Notes: a model not told the origin generated them from the sequence alone. Positions 15,947-25,149 are shown, counted from the stretch's first letter. The stretch is 51,220 bases of DNA from Candidatus Sulfotelmatobacter sp. (GCA_049279555.1 JBAPOI010000396.1:1-51220); one strand, 5' to 3'. A program made the numbers and translations.

Positions 15947-17371
15947 TCACTGCCGCGCCGGCGGAAGCGGATAATAACCATCCCTGGCGTAGATTTTGAG
16001 GCCGGGGCGGGTCACAACCACTTCGATGTTGCGGTAAGCAGAGGAGGTCGGCGTCTTGGGTCGGGAGGGCGTGTAGCCCAAGGTGTACTGGTTGCGGGCG
16101 TCGCTCATTACCTCGGAGTAGGCATCTGCGATGGCGTTGCGCGTGAGTTCGGAATATGGCGTACCCCCGCCCGTGGCCGAGGTGTACTTGGGCAGAATGT
16201 TGCTGTAGCCCTGGTCGGGAATATGCAGTCGTTCAATCTTTCGATAAACCGGGAGAGCGCTGGTTTCAACGGCCACCGCTTTCACCTGGACTTCATTCGA
16301 GAGCAATACTCTCTTCACATCGTTGTAGCTGGCCTTGCTGCCAAACTCCCGGCCGTCGCTGATCACAAAAATAATCTTGCGGCGCTTGCGGTCCCGGTCG
16401 TGCCTGCTCAAGTCGAGCGCGGCTTTTAGAATAGCGTCGTTCAAAACGTGAGCCTCTTTTGGCGGCGTATTCACTGGCGGTGTTGGACTGTCCACCGGAA
16501 TTCCGTTGACAATCGGTCCATTCTGAGCGAGCGGCCCGCCCAATACCGGCGCTCCGTTGTCGTGCCCGCGCACCGTCTTCATCTGGTTCAACAGCGCTGC
16601 CAGCTTCTGGTTCACGCCCGAGAAATCGGTGACCTGGCTCACTGTGCTGCTGTAGGTGTAGAGCGCGACCTCGTCATAGGGAGCGAAAGCGCCCACCAGC
16701 GCCGGAAAAGTCTGGTTTACCTTTTGAACCGCAGTGTCCGGCATGCCCAAGTCCAGCACAATCGCTACGGAAAGCGCGAACGGATCGGAAGTAAAATAGG
16801 TCAGCTTCTGCACCGTCCCGTTTTCCTTCACGACGAAGTCTGAGGAGATAAGTCCGTCCACCGGCCGGCCGGATTTGTCCTTCACGGTGACTGGAACCTC
16901 CACGAAGTTGGTAGTGACCTTTAACTTGTAGAGATCCTCCTGGGGATTTGAACCGGTTTTGCTGGTGCTGCCCGGCGGGATAGTCTTTACCGGCGGCATG
17001 GGCGGCGGTGTCGCCTCATTAGACGAGCTGTCGGCTGGCTGAGTGCCGGGCTGCGCGGATGTGGGCTGATTGACGGGCTGGTTCGTCCAGGGGTTGCGCT
17101 CGACTGCCGGCTTCTTTTCTTCCGGCCGGGGAATCGGCGGAGGTTCTGGATTGTCTGTTGGAACCTGGACTGCGGAAGGTGCGTCCGGGATATCGCCGCT
17201 CTGCGGCGGCTGGCTTTGTGAACTTTGTCCCGCGGGTGCCTGGTTGCCGGACGGCTGAGCCCCGATTGGGAGACACGCAACCAGCAGAGTCACACAGACA
17301 GCGACTACCAGCCGGTAGCTTCTGTTTCGTGGAATACCCCGCGACGTCGCTTCGCCGTTCACAAATACCAT
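15947..17371 (-). CDS. VWA-domain protein (VWFA-related acidobacterial domain, TIGR03436-like) with Pro/Gln-rich N-terminal region
   Basis: Signal/TM segment, then 'YKLKVTTNFVEVPVTVKDKSGRPVDGLISSDFVVKENG', a VWA-like core, and the C-terminal 'YTLGYTPS...YRNIEVVVTRPGLKIYARDGYY' signature. Confidence 0.85.
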   Translation of the reverse strand: MVFVNGEATSRGIPRNRSYRLVVAVCVTLLVACLPIGAQPSGNQAPAGQSSQSQPPQSGDIPDAPSAVQVPTDNPEPPPIPRPEEKKPAVERNPWTNQPVNQPTSAQPGTQPADSSSNEATPPPMPPVKTIPPGSTSKTGSNPQEDLYKLKVTTNFVEVPVTVKDKSGRPVDGLISSDFVVKENGTVQKLTYFTSDPFALSVAIVLDLGMPDTAVQKVNQTFPALVGAFAPYDEVALYTYSSTVSQVTDFSGVNQKLAALLNQMKTVRGHDNGAPVLGGPLAQNGPIVNGIPVDSPTPPVNTPPKEAHVLNDAILKAALDLSRHDRDRKRRKIIFVISDGREFGSKASYNDVKRVLLSNEVQVKAVAVETSALPVYRKIERLHIPDQGYSNILPKYTSATGGGTPYSELTRNAIADAYSEVMSDARNQYTLGYTPSRPKTPTSSAYRNIEVVVTRPGLKIYARDGYYPLPPARQ

Positions 17372-17592
17372 GTTACACGCACCATCCGTTCGTTCTTGGG
17401 TTCGTTCCTCGGCTCGTTTTCGGTTCGTGCTTCGCTGGATCGGACTATCGCGGTTCTATCATGCTGGCCGAAAATGGGTTCCACGTGGCCCGCTAATCTT
17501 TACAGTTTCACTCTCTTCGGATGCCAGGGCGGGCCGTTTGGTGCATCTAACTTTCAAGAATAGACTAACAAAAAGCCCGAGGGAATGTTCGC

Positions 17593-18738
17593 ATGCCGAA
17601 AGTATCCGCTCAGCAGAGATCTTTGCCCACCCTGGCCGCTGCCGTCGTCACCTTATTTTTTCTAATCTTTGCAATCGTTACTGGGGGCGCTCTGGCCGCC
17701 TGGGCTCAGGGTTCCGGCGCTTCAAGTCCCACGCCGAAAAATTCGGCCGGCTCCAATCCCACGAATGCCCAGCCGTCTTCTGCTCAAAAAACTGACAGTG
17801 CTCAGAAGTCCGATGACGACAAACCGGCGGAAACCCTCAAACTGAATGTCAACGTCGTCGGTCTGTTCTTCAACGTGAAAGACAAGCACGGCGCACTCAT
17901 GCCCAATCTAACCAAAGACGACTTCGAGGTGTTCGAGGATGGCAAGCAGCAGACCATCAAGTATTTTGCTGCCGAATCGAACCTGCCGCTCACGCTCGGA
18001 ATCCTGATCGATTCTTCCGGCAGCCAGCTGCGGGTTCTCGATATGGAAAAAGAAGTCGGTGGCGCGTTTCTTCGCCAGATTCTCACCGACAAAGACGAAG
18101 CCTATGTGATGGACTTTGGCATCGATGCTGAACTCATTCAGGATTACACCCGCGACGTTCACCGCCTGCAGGCCGCGCTGAATAAGGTCAAGATCAATTC
18201 CGGGGTTACGATGCCAACACTTCCCGGCGCCGGCGGAGGGCCGGTTCCTACTGCACAGTCGCCCGGAACGGTGTTGTATGACGCGGTGTATCTATCGGCT
18301 CACGATATGCTGGCTAAAGAAGTTGGGCGCAAGGCCATGGTCCTGTTGACCGATGGCGAGGACGAGGGCAGCCGGCTCAAAATCAAAGACGCGATGGAAG
18401 CAGCCCAGAAAGCCGATGCTATCGTCTACGTGCTGCTGTGCGCGGACCGCGGCGGTTATTACAGTTTAGGTATGGGTTACAGCGGCGAAAGCGAGATGCG
18501 CAAGCTCACCGAGGCGACTGGGGGCCGCGTGATCAACGTCGGCAACAAGTTCGACAAGCTGAAAGAGGCTTTCGACCAGGTTTCTGCCGAGCTGCGCAGC
18601 CAGTACAACCTGGGTTATACGCCGACCAATACCAAACAGGACGGCAGCTACCGCAAGCTGGAAATCAAGTCCAAACAGAGTTACAAAATCCAATCGCGTG
18701 CCGGCTATTACGCCAGCGCTCGCGATCAGCAGCAATAA
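17593..18738 (+). CDS. VWA-domain protein (TIGR03436-like), paralogue of 15947-17371
   Basis: 'LKLNVNVVGLFFNVKDKHGALMPNLTKDDFEVFEDG', MIDAS-like 'LIDSSGS', and 'YNLGYTPTN...YRKLEIKSKQSYKIQSRAGYY'. Confidence 0.85.
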   Translation: MPKVSAQQRSLPTLAAAVVTLFFLIFAIVTGGALAAWAQGSGASSPTPKNSAGSNPTNAQPSSAQKTDSAQKSDDDKPAETLKLNVNVVGLFFNVKDKHGALMPNLTKDDFEVFEDGKQQTIKYFAAESNLPLTLGILIDSSGSQLRVLDMEKEVGGAFLRQILTDKDEAYVMDFGIDAELIQDYTRDVHRLQAALNKVKINSGVTMPTLPGAGGGPVPTAQSPGTVLYDAVYLSAHDMLAKEVGRKAMVLLTDGEDEGSRLKIKDAMEAAQKADAIVYVLLCADRGGYYSLGMGYSGESEMRKLTEATGGRVINVGNKFDKLKEAFDQVSAELRSQYNLGYTPTNTKQDGSYRKLEIKSKQSYKIQSRAGYYASARDQQQ

Positions 18739-18771
18739 GCGGCGAGTGTCGAAGGCTGGTGTCGAAGGATT

Positions 18772-19188
18772 CTAAACCGAAGCTGGGGTGGGAGCCTGCA
18801 TCTCGCTGACGACGGCTTCCAGATGTTCCAGAGTTTGCTCGACAGTCAGCGAATACATGTCGCGGCCAAGACCCTCGCCAGATTCCAATGCAGTTTTCAA
18901 ATAATGTCCGGCGATCTCGATAGCGAGAGAATCGGTGATCGACCTTCCCGTGCGCTTTTTATACTCGACCCAAGCGGGGTGCGGGAGTGCAACCGTAACC
19001 GTTCTGCCCTCGACCAGAAACTTAACATCGACGGCATCGGCGTGACGCGTCGCGATGGCAACGATCAGCGCCTGGTAGATGCAGTGAACCGGCTTCCTGG
19101 TCCAGCGGTCGACGACAGTGAAGTCTTCAAACACGACTACAAAACTATAGCGGAGGGGATGGGGCGGGAGCAAATGGCTGGCGATCAA
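18772..19188 (-). CDS. Hypothetical protein
   Basis: 138-aa ORF. Its ATG overlaps the upstream ORF's stop (ATGA). No family recognised. Confidence 0.4.
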   Translation of the reverse strand: MIASHLLPPHPLRYSFVVVFEDFTVVDRWTRKPVHCIYQALIVAIATRHADAVDVKFLVEGRTVTVALPHPAWVEYKKRTGRSITDSLAIEIAGHYLKTALESGEGLGRDMYSLTVEQTLEHLEAVVSEMQAPTPASV

Positions 19189-19409
19189 GAGTTCTTGAAG
19201 CGCTCTTCAAGCCAATGTGGAAGTGGATTGGGCAGAAATGCCGGTCGGCTAAGTTCGCGCGCGACTTGCGTCTCCTCCGCTCTGGATGATCCCGACGGAC
19301 CCTTCAGGGCCAGTTCCCTTGCGAAGAGACTCATCTCGAACGCGAGAAGGATGCGTTGCTCGCCACTCATCTCTTGCTGAATCCTGAGCTGAACTGCGTT
19401 CGCTTTCAA
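19185..19409 (-). CDS. Small helical hypothetical protein, possibly the 3' part of a frameshifted gene
   Basis: 'EQRILLAFEMSLFARELALKG...AEETQVARELSR' is protein-like. ORFs in other frames (19249-19602, 19467-19670) continue upstream. Confidence 0.35.
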   Translation of the reverse strand: MKANAVQLRIQQEMSGEQRILLAFEMSLFARELALKGPSGSSRAEETQVARELSRPAFLPNPLPHWLEERFKNS

Positions 19410-19671
19410 GCGTACAACTCCTCAGGAGAGCAGCCTTCGCCTCCGCCAGAGCGCTCTCCCGCTCGTTCAACATTGGGTCCTGCAAATCCTTGAAGGTCGC
19501 CCGCTTCGGTTGAAGTAATTTTGTCTTGAGTTTCGTTTTGCAAAGCGAACAATAAAGTTCTGTCGGTCGTCCGCTCGGTGGACATAAGAATAGTGAAGGC
19601 ATGAATCTAGCTCCCGGAGTTTCAGAGTTTCTACCAGCGTGAGGATCGCGACCGCCCTCATTGACTCCAAG

Positions 19672-20535
19672 TTAGATATTGATGGTTCCTTGTAGATAGA
19701 GCTTCGCTTCGCCTGCGATCTTTACGCGGGAGCCAAGGAGCGTGCACCACATTTCGGCGCCACGAGGGCTGAGTTGCCGCACGCGAAATGTTTGCTTGCC
19801 GGTGCGTCCGGCCCAGTAGGGGACGAGGGAGCAGTGGATTGAGCCGGTGGCGGGATCTTCGTCGATGCCTTCGGATGGAGCGAAGAATCTGCAGACGTAA
19901 TCGACATCATTGTCGCCGGCAGCGGTAACAATCGCTCCACCGCCGACGCCGATATCGATTTTCGCCAAGGCGGCGATATCGGGTTTGAGGTTGCGCACGA
20001 TCCCGGCATGATTGACGACAACGAGAAAGTCGCGAGGATCGCGCAGGACCTCTGCGGACTCCAGACCCAAGGCAGAGAGCAGTCCGGCTGGGATTTCGCA
20101 GGATACCGGCGGCCGGGAGGGGAAATTCATTTCAAAGCGGGCGTGATTGTGGCGCTTGAGATCGCGGCGTTCTTGATCGCGGCGATCAGTACCATGGCGC
20201 TTGCGGTCGTGATCGACCGTCAACAAGCCGCCGACCGTGTGGAAGCGAACCGGCCAGGTGTCGTGTTCACGCAACGAAAGAGCATATGCAGAAGCCAAAG
20301 TTGCATGGCCGCACAGCGTATCTTCCGCGACCGGTGTAAACCAACGCAGGTCGAAATCGCCATCCGCCCGGGCAACGACAAAAGCGGTTTCGCTGTGGCG
20401 GTTCTCGGCAGCGATCTTTTGCATGACTTCCTTCGCGGGAAATGCGGGAACGAAGCATACGCCGGCAGGATTGCCTGCGAACAGTTCGTCGGCGAAGGAA
20501 TCGATGTGGTAATACGGGATGGACACGTTTACCAA
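19672..20535 (-). CDS. PhzF-family isomerase
   Basis: 'YHIDSFADELFAGNPAGVCF...SETAFV...RWFTPVAEDTLCGHATLASA...DEDPATGSIHCSLVPYW' are PhzF family hallmarks. Confidence 0.85.
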   Translation of the reverse strand: MVNVSIPYYHIDSFADELFAGNPAGVCFVPAFPAKEVMQKIAAENRHSETAFVVARADGDFDLRWFTPVAEDTLCGHATLASAYALSLREHDTWPVRFHTVGGLLTVDHDRKRHGTDRRDQERRDLKRHNHARFEMNFPSRPPVSCEIPAGLLSALGLESAEVLRDPRDFLVVVNHAGIVRNLKPDIAALAKIDIGVGGGAIVTAAGDNDVDYVCRFFAPSEGIDEDPATGSIHCSLVPYWAGRTGKQTFRVRQLSPRGAEMWCTLLGSRVKIAGEAKLYLQGTINI

Positions 20536-20608
20536 AATATCACGGGGATGGACCCTTGCCGCTGATTGACGACTTGTCTTTGCGGATGCTGAAGCTGACG
20601 GTAAAGGG

Positions 20609-22546
20609 TTATTTCTTCTGCGACATTTTGCGGGAAATCTCGGCCATGAGCTTGGGGCGAAGGTCGGCTAAGACGCTGTCGACGATGTTGGCGAGTTCCT
20701 CAGCATTTTCGGAGGGCGCTTCGGCGGGAACTTCTTGCGCCACGTGCTCGGCACCGGCGGCTACTGCCATGGCGGCGGAATCCAGCGGGACGGGCTCGGG
20801 CGCTACGGACCCATTGGGATTGGATTCCGCGACTGACTCGGCCGTTGCATCGCCGGCGTCGCGAGTCTGACGCCAATTGGCCCAGGCGGCTGCAGTGCTC
20901 TTCACGACTTCAGATTCTGGCTTAGGGTCGGCCTCGTGCTCCACTTTGTGGAGAATTTGGGCGTAGCCGGTGGGCGCGTAGCTGCCTACCGCTGCGGCTT
21001 GCGCAATCATGGGCTCGACTTCCGGAGCGGGCTGGGCTTCATGCAAGTGCGAAACTGTCGTTACTTCTGCTACCGCTTCTGCCACGACCGGGGCCGGTTG
21101 CTCGGCGACCGGAGCGGACTCTTGATGCAGGGCGGGCTCGTAGCTTGCTTCCGTATGTGCGACGGCGATCTCGGCAGTGTGAGTTTGAACCGAAGAAGTT
21201 TCCGGTGGAGCAGACTCTGAAACTGCCGCGACCGGTTCATTCGAAACGGTCGCAGCCTGGGAAAGTTTTCCCGGCTCTGCAACTGCCGATAAAATTGTTT
21301 GGTCTTCGACCGATTGCACTCCTGCGGCGGTCGCCGTTTCGTAAGACACAGCAGCGGTTGAAGAGAGTTCGGGTTCGGGAGGCGCAAGCAACGCAACCGG
21401 CGACTCCGCAACCGGCTCTGACGACGAATACGCTGAACTAGGCGTATGTCCTGCGGGCGCGGGGGCTGGCGACGAAACAGGCTCTGGTTCTGGGGCTGTG
21501 ATTGCGCTCGCTTGCTCTGGCTCCGTGGCTACAAATGCGGCGTAGGCCTGGCGCATTTCGTTTTCCAGCGAGATCGACGCCTCTTCGGAATCCAACGCGA
21601 CGGAGACGGCTTTCCAGCGTGGCGCGTCGTCTTTCGCAACTTCGGATTCAGCGCTGGCCGCCATTGTGGCGGGCACTTCGCTCTCGGTTGCGGCCGGTAC
21701 GGGCTCAGAGGCCGATGCTTCGGATGAGCTATCTACCTTATTTTCGCTTTCAGTTTCGGGGTTTGCTTCTGATCTTTCGGGCGTTTGCTGCGCGAAATCC
21801 TGGGCGGCGGCGGCCATTTGCATTTGCGCCACAGCGGCTGCAATCGCGGCAACCTCTTCTGGTGTCACATCGTTCAAAAGGTTTGGCGGAACTGGCGCGA
21901 CAGCGTCCTGGGCTGGTTCCGGGAACTCCGCAAGAGGCGCGGCTTGCTCCGGGGATTTATCCACGACGGTGCGGAGATCCCGATTCATCTGGTTATAGAT
22001 GGAAGGCTCCTCCGCAACTTTCTCTTCGGGCTCGGTCTTCTCGTGAGGGAATGCGATGCGGCTCTTCCATCCATTGTCGGTGCCGGAAGGTTCTTTCGCG
22101 GCGCCCCGGCTGGCTTCTTCCTGTGCGGCGATCGCGCGCGCGAAACGTCCGGGCTTGGAAGGTTCGGCGCGCGGCACTACTTTGTCTTCGAGTTTCGACA
22201 GGGCGCTGAGAAGTTCACTGGCTTCAAAAGGTTTGACGATGAAAGCGTCGGCGCGTACGCGATGCGCTTCTTCGGGTTTGAAGGGTTCAAGTTTACCCAC
22301 GCTGAGAAGCACTGGAATGCGCGAGGTCTCCTGCGATTCCTTCAGGCGCTGGCAGACTTCGAGGCCGCTGTAGCCGGGCATGTAAACGTCGAGGATGACG
22401 AGGTCGGGTTTCAGTTCGGCGATCTTTTTGAGTGCGGCCGAGCCGTTGTTGACAGCAATTACCTCATACCCCGCATCGGCGAGGATTTTGCGCCCCATGT
22501 TCTGGGCGGTCACGCTGTCATCGGCTAGCAGTATTTTCCTGGCCAA
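20609..22546 (-). CDS. Response-regulator receiver domain plus ~500-aa Ala/Pro/Glu-rich disordered region plus short conserved-looking C-terminal helix (RomR-like architecture)
   Basis: REC: 'KILLADDSVTAQNMG...DLVILDVYMPGYSG...IVKPFEASELL'. The rest is low-complexity A/E/P/S. C-terminus is 'ELANIVDSVLADLRPKLMAEISRKM'. Confidence 0.8.
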   Translation of the reverse strand: MARKILLADDSVTAQNMGRKILADAGYEVIAVNNGSAALKKIAELKPDLVILDVYMPGYSGLEVCQRLKESQETSRIPVLLSVGKLEPFKPEEAHRVRADAFIVKPFEASELLSALSKLEDKVVPRAEPSKPGRFARAIAAQEEASRGAAKEPSGTDNGWKSRIAFPHEKTEPEEKVAEEPSIYNQMNRDLRTVVDKSPEQAAPLAEFPEPAQDAVAPVPPNLLNDVTPEEVAAIAAAVAQMQMAAAAQDFAQQTPERSEANPETESENKVDSSSEASASEPVPAATESEVPATMAASAESEVAKDDAPRWKAVSVALDSEEASISLENEMRQAYAAFVATEPEQASAITAPEPEPVSSPAPAPAGHTPSSAYSSSEPVAESPVALLAPPEPELSSTAAVSYETATAAGVQSVEDQTILSAVAEPGKLSQAATVSNEPVAAVSESAPPETSSVQTHTAEIAVAHTEASYEPALHQESAPVAEQPAPVVAEAVAEVTTVSHLHEAQPAPEVEPMIAQAAAVGSYAPTGYAQILHKVEHEADPKPESEVVKSTAAAWANWRQTRDAGDATAESVAESNPNGSVAPEPVPLDSAAMAVAAGAEHVAQEVPAEAPSENAEELANIVDSVLADLRPKLMAEISRKMSQKK

Positions 22547-22741
22547 GAAAGTCCTCGAAGCGGGGAGATATGGCGAAGGTAACCTGAGGATGAACGTAAG
22601 TCAATGTTCCCATTGGAGGTTACCTGGTTACCAGTGGTCAACGCCTAGTGCGCGGGCGGGGATATTGTGGTGCGATTCGGCGGACTTACACAGTTGTTGT
22701 GAGTTTGGTCACTTGGCTAACGCACGTGGCCGGTGAAGGTA

Positions 22742-22787
22742 GAGATCCTTCGCTTCGCCTGAAAAACGGCTACGCTCAGGATGACAA
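22742..22787 (+). repeat. REP-like element (family A), short copy
   Basis: GAGATCCTTCGcttcgcctgaaaaacggctaCGCTCAGGATGACAA. Confidence 0.6.
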
Positions 22788-22826
22788 CGCTTCGGGACCG
22801 CAGGAGCTTGCAGCGGGGCGTGCTGG

Positions 22827-24353
22827 CTAGAACGGTATTACCTTTTTCAGTCCCTTCTTTTTCTTCTTCTTGCTGCTGGAAATATCTTGATCGCTGGCGG
22901 GAGTGGAGGTGGAAGTTGAGTCTGCGGCATTGGCTGAGGCCGGGCTGGGCTGAATCTCATTGAGCTGCGCCGGAGGAGGCAAGGGCTGGCTGTTTGCAAC
23001 CGCGGCTTGACTGTTTGCAGCCGGGGTCAGTTCGTTTGGATCTGCAGTCGGCTTTAGCTCGTTGGGATCGGGCGCACCGCTGGGCTTCAGTTCATTCGGG
23101 TCCGGCACGCTTGCGGTGGTGTTGGGTCGGGCGAAGGGATCGGCCTTGGCAACGGGCAGTGTATCCGATCGCGGAGCCGGCTCGTTCGCGGCGGGCGTTC
23201 CACCATTCACCACTTCAATGCTCAGGCCGTGCTCACCGCCTCCCGAGCCAGAAGTTCGCATTGCGGTTGCCGCTTGTCCCACTTCTCTTAGCTCGGTGCT
23301 CGCGGCGACTGGGGTAGGATCCACCAATGTCGGCTCTCCAATTTTGGCGGCTTGGGCGACGTCAGGGCCTTTCTTTACGACGCTGATCAAGCGGCCAAGC
23401 GCGTCGGCCTCGCGCCGGCTGTCTTCCTCCGCTTTGTTTTGCGCCACGGCCGCTTTCGTTGGCCGCGGGATGGGCTGATGCAACGCAGCGAGGCGCTTCT
23501 TTGCATCGTCTCCGCGATCCATCAGCGGGTATCGAGTGATGATCTGGGAATACGCCGTAGCCGCATTCTTGCTGAGGATTTCGATCATGTTGGCTTTGTC
23601 GGTTTCGAGAACGCAGCCGGGTTGCGGACTGGTCTTGACACAGGTAGGCCGAGCACGCACTTGCGCAACCTGGCCTTCATAATCCTGGCCGAGCACAAAC
23701 AGCGCTTCATCAGCGTGGCTGTAGAGTGGGTATTTCTCGACTAGAGTCTTGAGGCGCGCGATGGATGCGGGATACGACAGCCGCAGGAAGTAGAACCTGC
23801 CGATCTCAAACTCGCGCTCGGCCAATACCTCCTGCACTTCGAGCAGACGCTCCTTGCCTTCTTTCACCAACTTGGCATTGTCCGGGTACTGCATGATGAG
23901 ATTGCGGTATTCATCTTCGGCGCGCTTGGCATGGGTGTAATCGCGATCGGCTTTCTCCATTTGCTGATACTGGATGTTGGCGATCTTCAGCTGCGCCTCA
24001 GCCGCTTCCGGCATATTGGGAAAGAAGGTCTCGAAGTCGCGATACTCCTGTTCGGCCTGGGCAAGCGAGGCTGTGCCACCTTCGGCATACCAGGAGTCGC
24101 CTACCGCCAGTTTGGCGCGGGCGATGAATTCGGAATCAGGATAAGTGTTGATAAGGGTCTGCAGCGTCATGCGCGCCACGTCGAAGCGGTTGTGCTTCAT
24201 CGCGTCCATGGCTTTGTCGAAGAGGACTTTGTCGGGCTGCTTGGACCCGATGTTGGCCAACGGATTGGTGGACTTTTTATTGGTGCAGGCAGCAGTGATC
24301 AGGATCAGCAGCAGCAGCATGCCCATCGCGACGGGGGATTCTCGACGTAACAT
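22827..24353 (-). CDS. bamD: Outer-membrane assembly lipoprotein BamD (YfiO) with long C-terminal extension
   Basis: Lipobox-like 'LILITAAC'. TPR-like 'FDKAMDAMKHNRFDVARMTLQTLINTYPDSEFIARAKLAVGDSWY'. C-terminal DPNELKP repeats and a KKKKKK tract. Confidence 0.8.
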   Translation of the reverse strand: MLRRESPVAMGMLLLLILITAACTNKKSTNPLANIGSKQPDKVLFDKAMDAMKHNRFDVARMTLQTLINTYPDSEFIARAKLAVGDSWYAEGGTASLAQAEQEYRDFETFFPNMPEAAEAQLKIANIQYQQMEKADRDYTHAKRAEDEYRNLIMQYPDNAKLVKEGKERLLEVQEVLAEREFEIGRFYFLRLSYPASIARLKTLVEKYPLYSHADEALFVLGQDYEGQVAQVRARPTCVKTSPQPGCVLETDKANMIEILSKNAATAYSQIITRYPLMDRGDDAKKRLAALHQPIPRPTKAAVAQNKAEEDSRREADALGRLISVVKKGPDVAQAAKIGEPTLVDPTPVAASTELREVGQAATAMRTSGSGGGEHGLSIEVVNGGTPAANEPAPRSDTLPVAKADPFARPNTTASVPDPNELKPSGAPDPNELKPTADPNELTPAANSQAAVANSQPLPPPAQLNEIQPSPASANAADSTSTSTPASDQDISSSKKKKKKGLKKVIPF

Positions 24354-24431
24354 TAGGACCTCGAATCAGAAAATGCATATCCAGCTACACACGCCGCAGG
24401 GGCTAAAGCCCACATCAATTTAGGCTTTGAC

Positions 24432-24451
24432 GGCACGACTAAAGTCGTGCC
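24432..24451. repeat. Perfect 8-bp hairpin in the rpe-bamD spacer (REP-like)
   Basis: GGCACGACtaaaGTCGTGCC. There is no T-tract, so it is not called a terminator. Confidence 0.4.
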
Positions 24452-24474
24452 CTTCCCAGGCCGTGCCGTAACGT

Positions 24475-25149
24475 TCACACTTTAAGCAGCGCGGCTTCCG
24501 TTGCGGCTTTGAGCAGAGACTGGGTATTCTTGCTTGGATCGCCATTACCGAACACGGCGTTGCCTGCCACCAGAATTTCCGCCCCAGACCGCACCACATC
24601 GGCAACCGTATCGTGCGCTACCCCGCCATCCACTTCGATGCGGTAGGTTAGACGGCGCTGGCTGCGGATCTCGGCCAACCGCCGCATTTTGTGCAAAGTA
24701 GACGGAATAAACTTCTGCGCGCCGAAGCCGGGGTTGACTGACATTACCAGGACATAATCGACAATATCGAGCACTTCCTCAAGCGCGCTTACGGGAGTTG
24801 CCGGATTAATCACCACACCGGCGAGACAATTGTGGCTCTTGATCAGATGCAGGGTGCGGTTCAAATGCCGGCAAACTTCCTGATGCACCGAAATCCAATC
24901 CGCTCCCGCTTCCGCAAATGGCGGGATAAACTCGTCCGGATTCTCAATCATCAGGTGGCAGTCGAGCGGCAAGTCGGTAACTTTTCGCAGCGACTTCACC
25001 AGAGGCGGGCCGAGGGTGAGGTTGGGGACGAAGTGTCCATCCATAACATCGACGTGGATGACACCTGCTCCACCTTCAGCCGCAGCGCGCACCTGCTCGC
25101 CAAGGCGGGCAAAGTCCGCCGCAAGAATCGATGGTGCAAGTTCAATCAA
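24475..25149 (-). CDS. rpe: Ribulose-phosphate 3-epimerase
   Basis: 'LAPSILAADFARLGEQV...IHVDVMDGHFVPNLT...MSVNPGFGAQKF' is canonical Rpe. Confidence 0.95.
   Translation of the reverse strand: MIELAPSILAADFARLGEQVRAAAEGGAGVIHVDVMDGHFVPNLTLGPPLVKSLRKVTDLPLDCHLMIENPDEFIPPFAEAGADWISVHQEVCRHLNRTLHLIKSHNCLAGVVINPATPVSALEEVLDIVDYVLVMSVNPGFGAQKFIPSTLHKMRRLAEIRSQRRLTYRIEVDGGVAHDTVADVVRSGAEILVAGNAVFGNGDPSKNTQSLLKAATEAALLKV

Noticed and set aside
21502-22528. Plus-strand ORFs of 235 and 247 aa inside the response-regulator gene
   Set aside because: They are antisense to a gene with a clear REC domain. They arise from the low-complexity GC-rich repeat region.
24420-24605. 61-aa minus-strand ORF ending '...GHDFSRAVKA'
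   Set aside because: Its C-terminus is simply the translation of the GGCACGAC/GTCGTGCC hairpin element, and the rest overlaps the 3' end of rpe out of frame.
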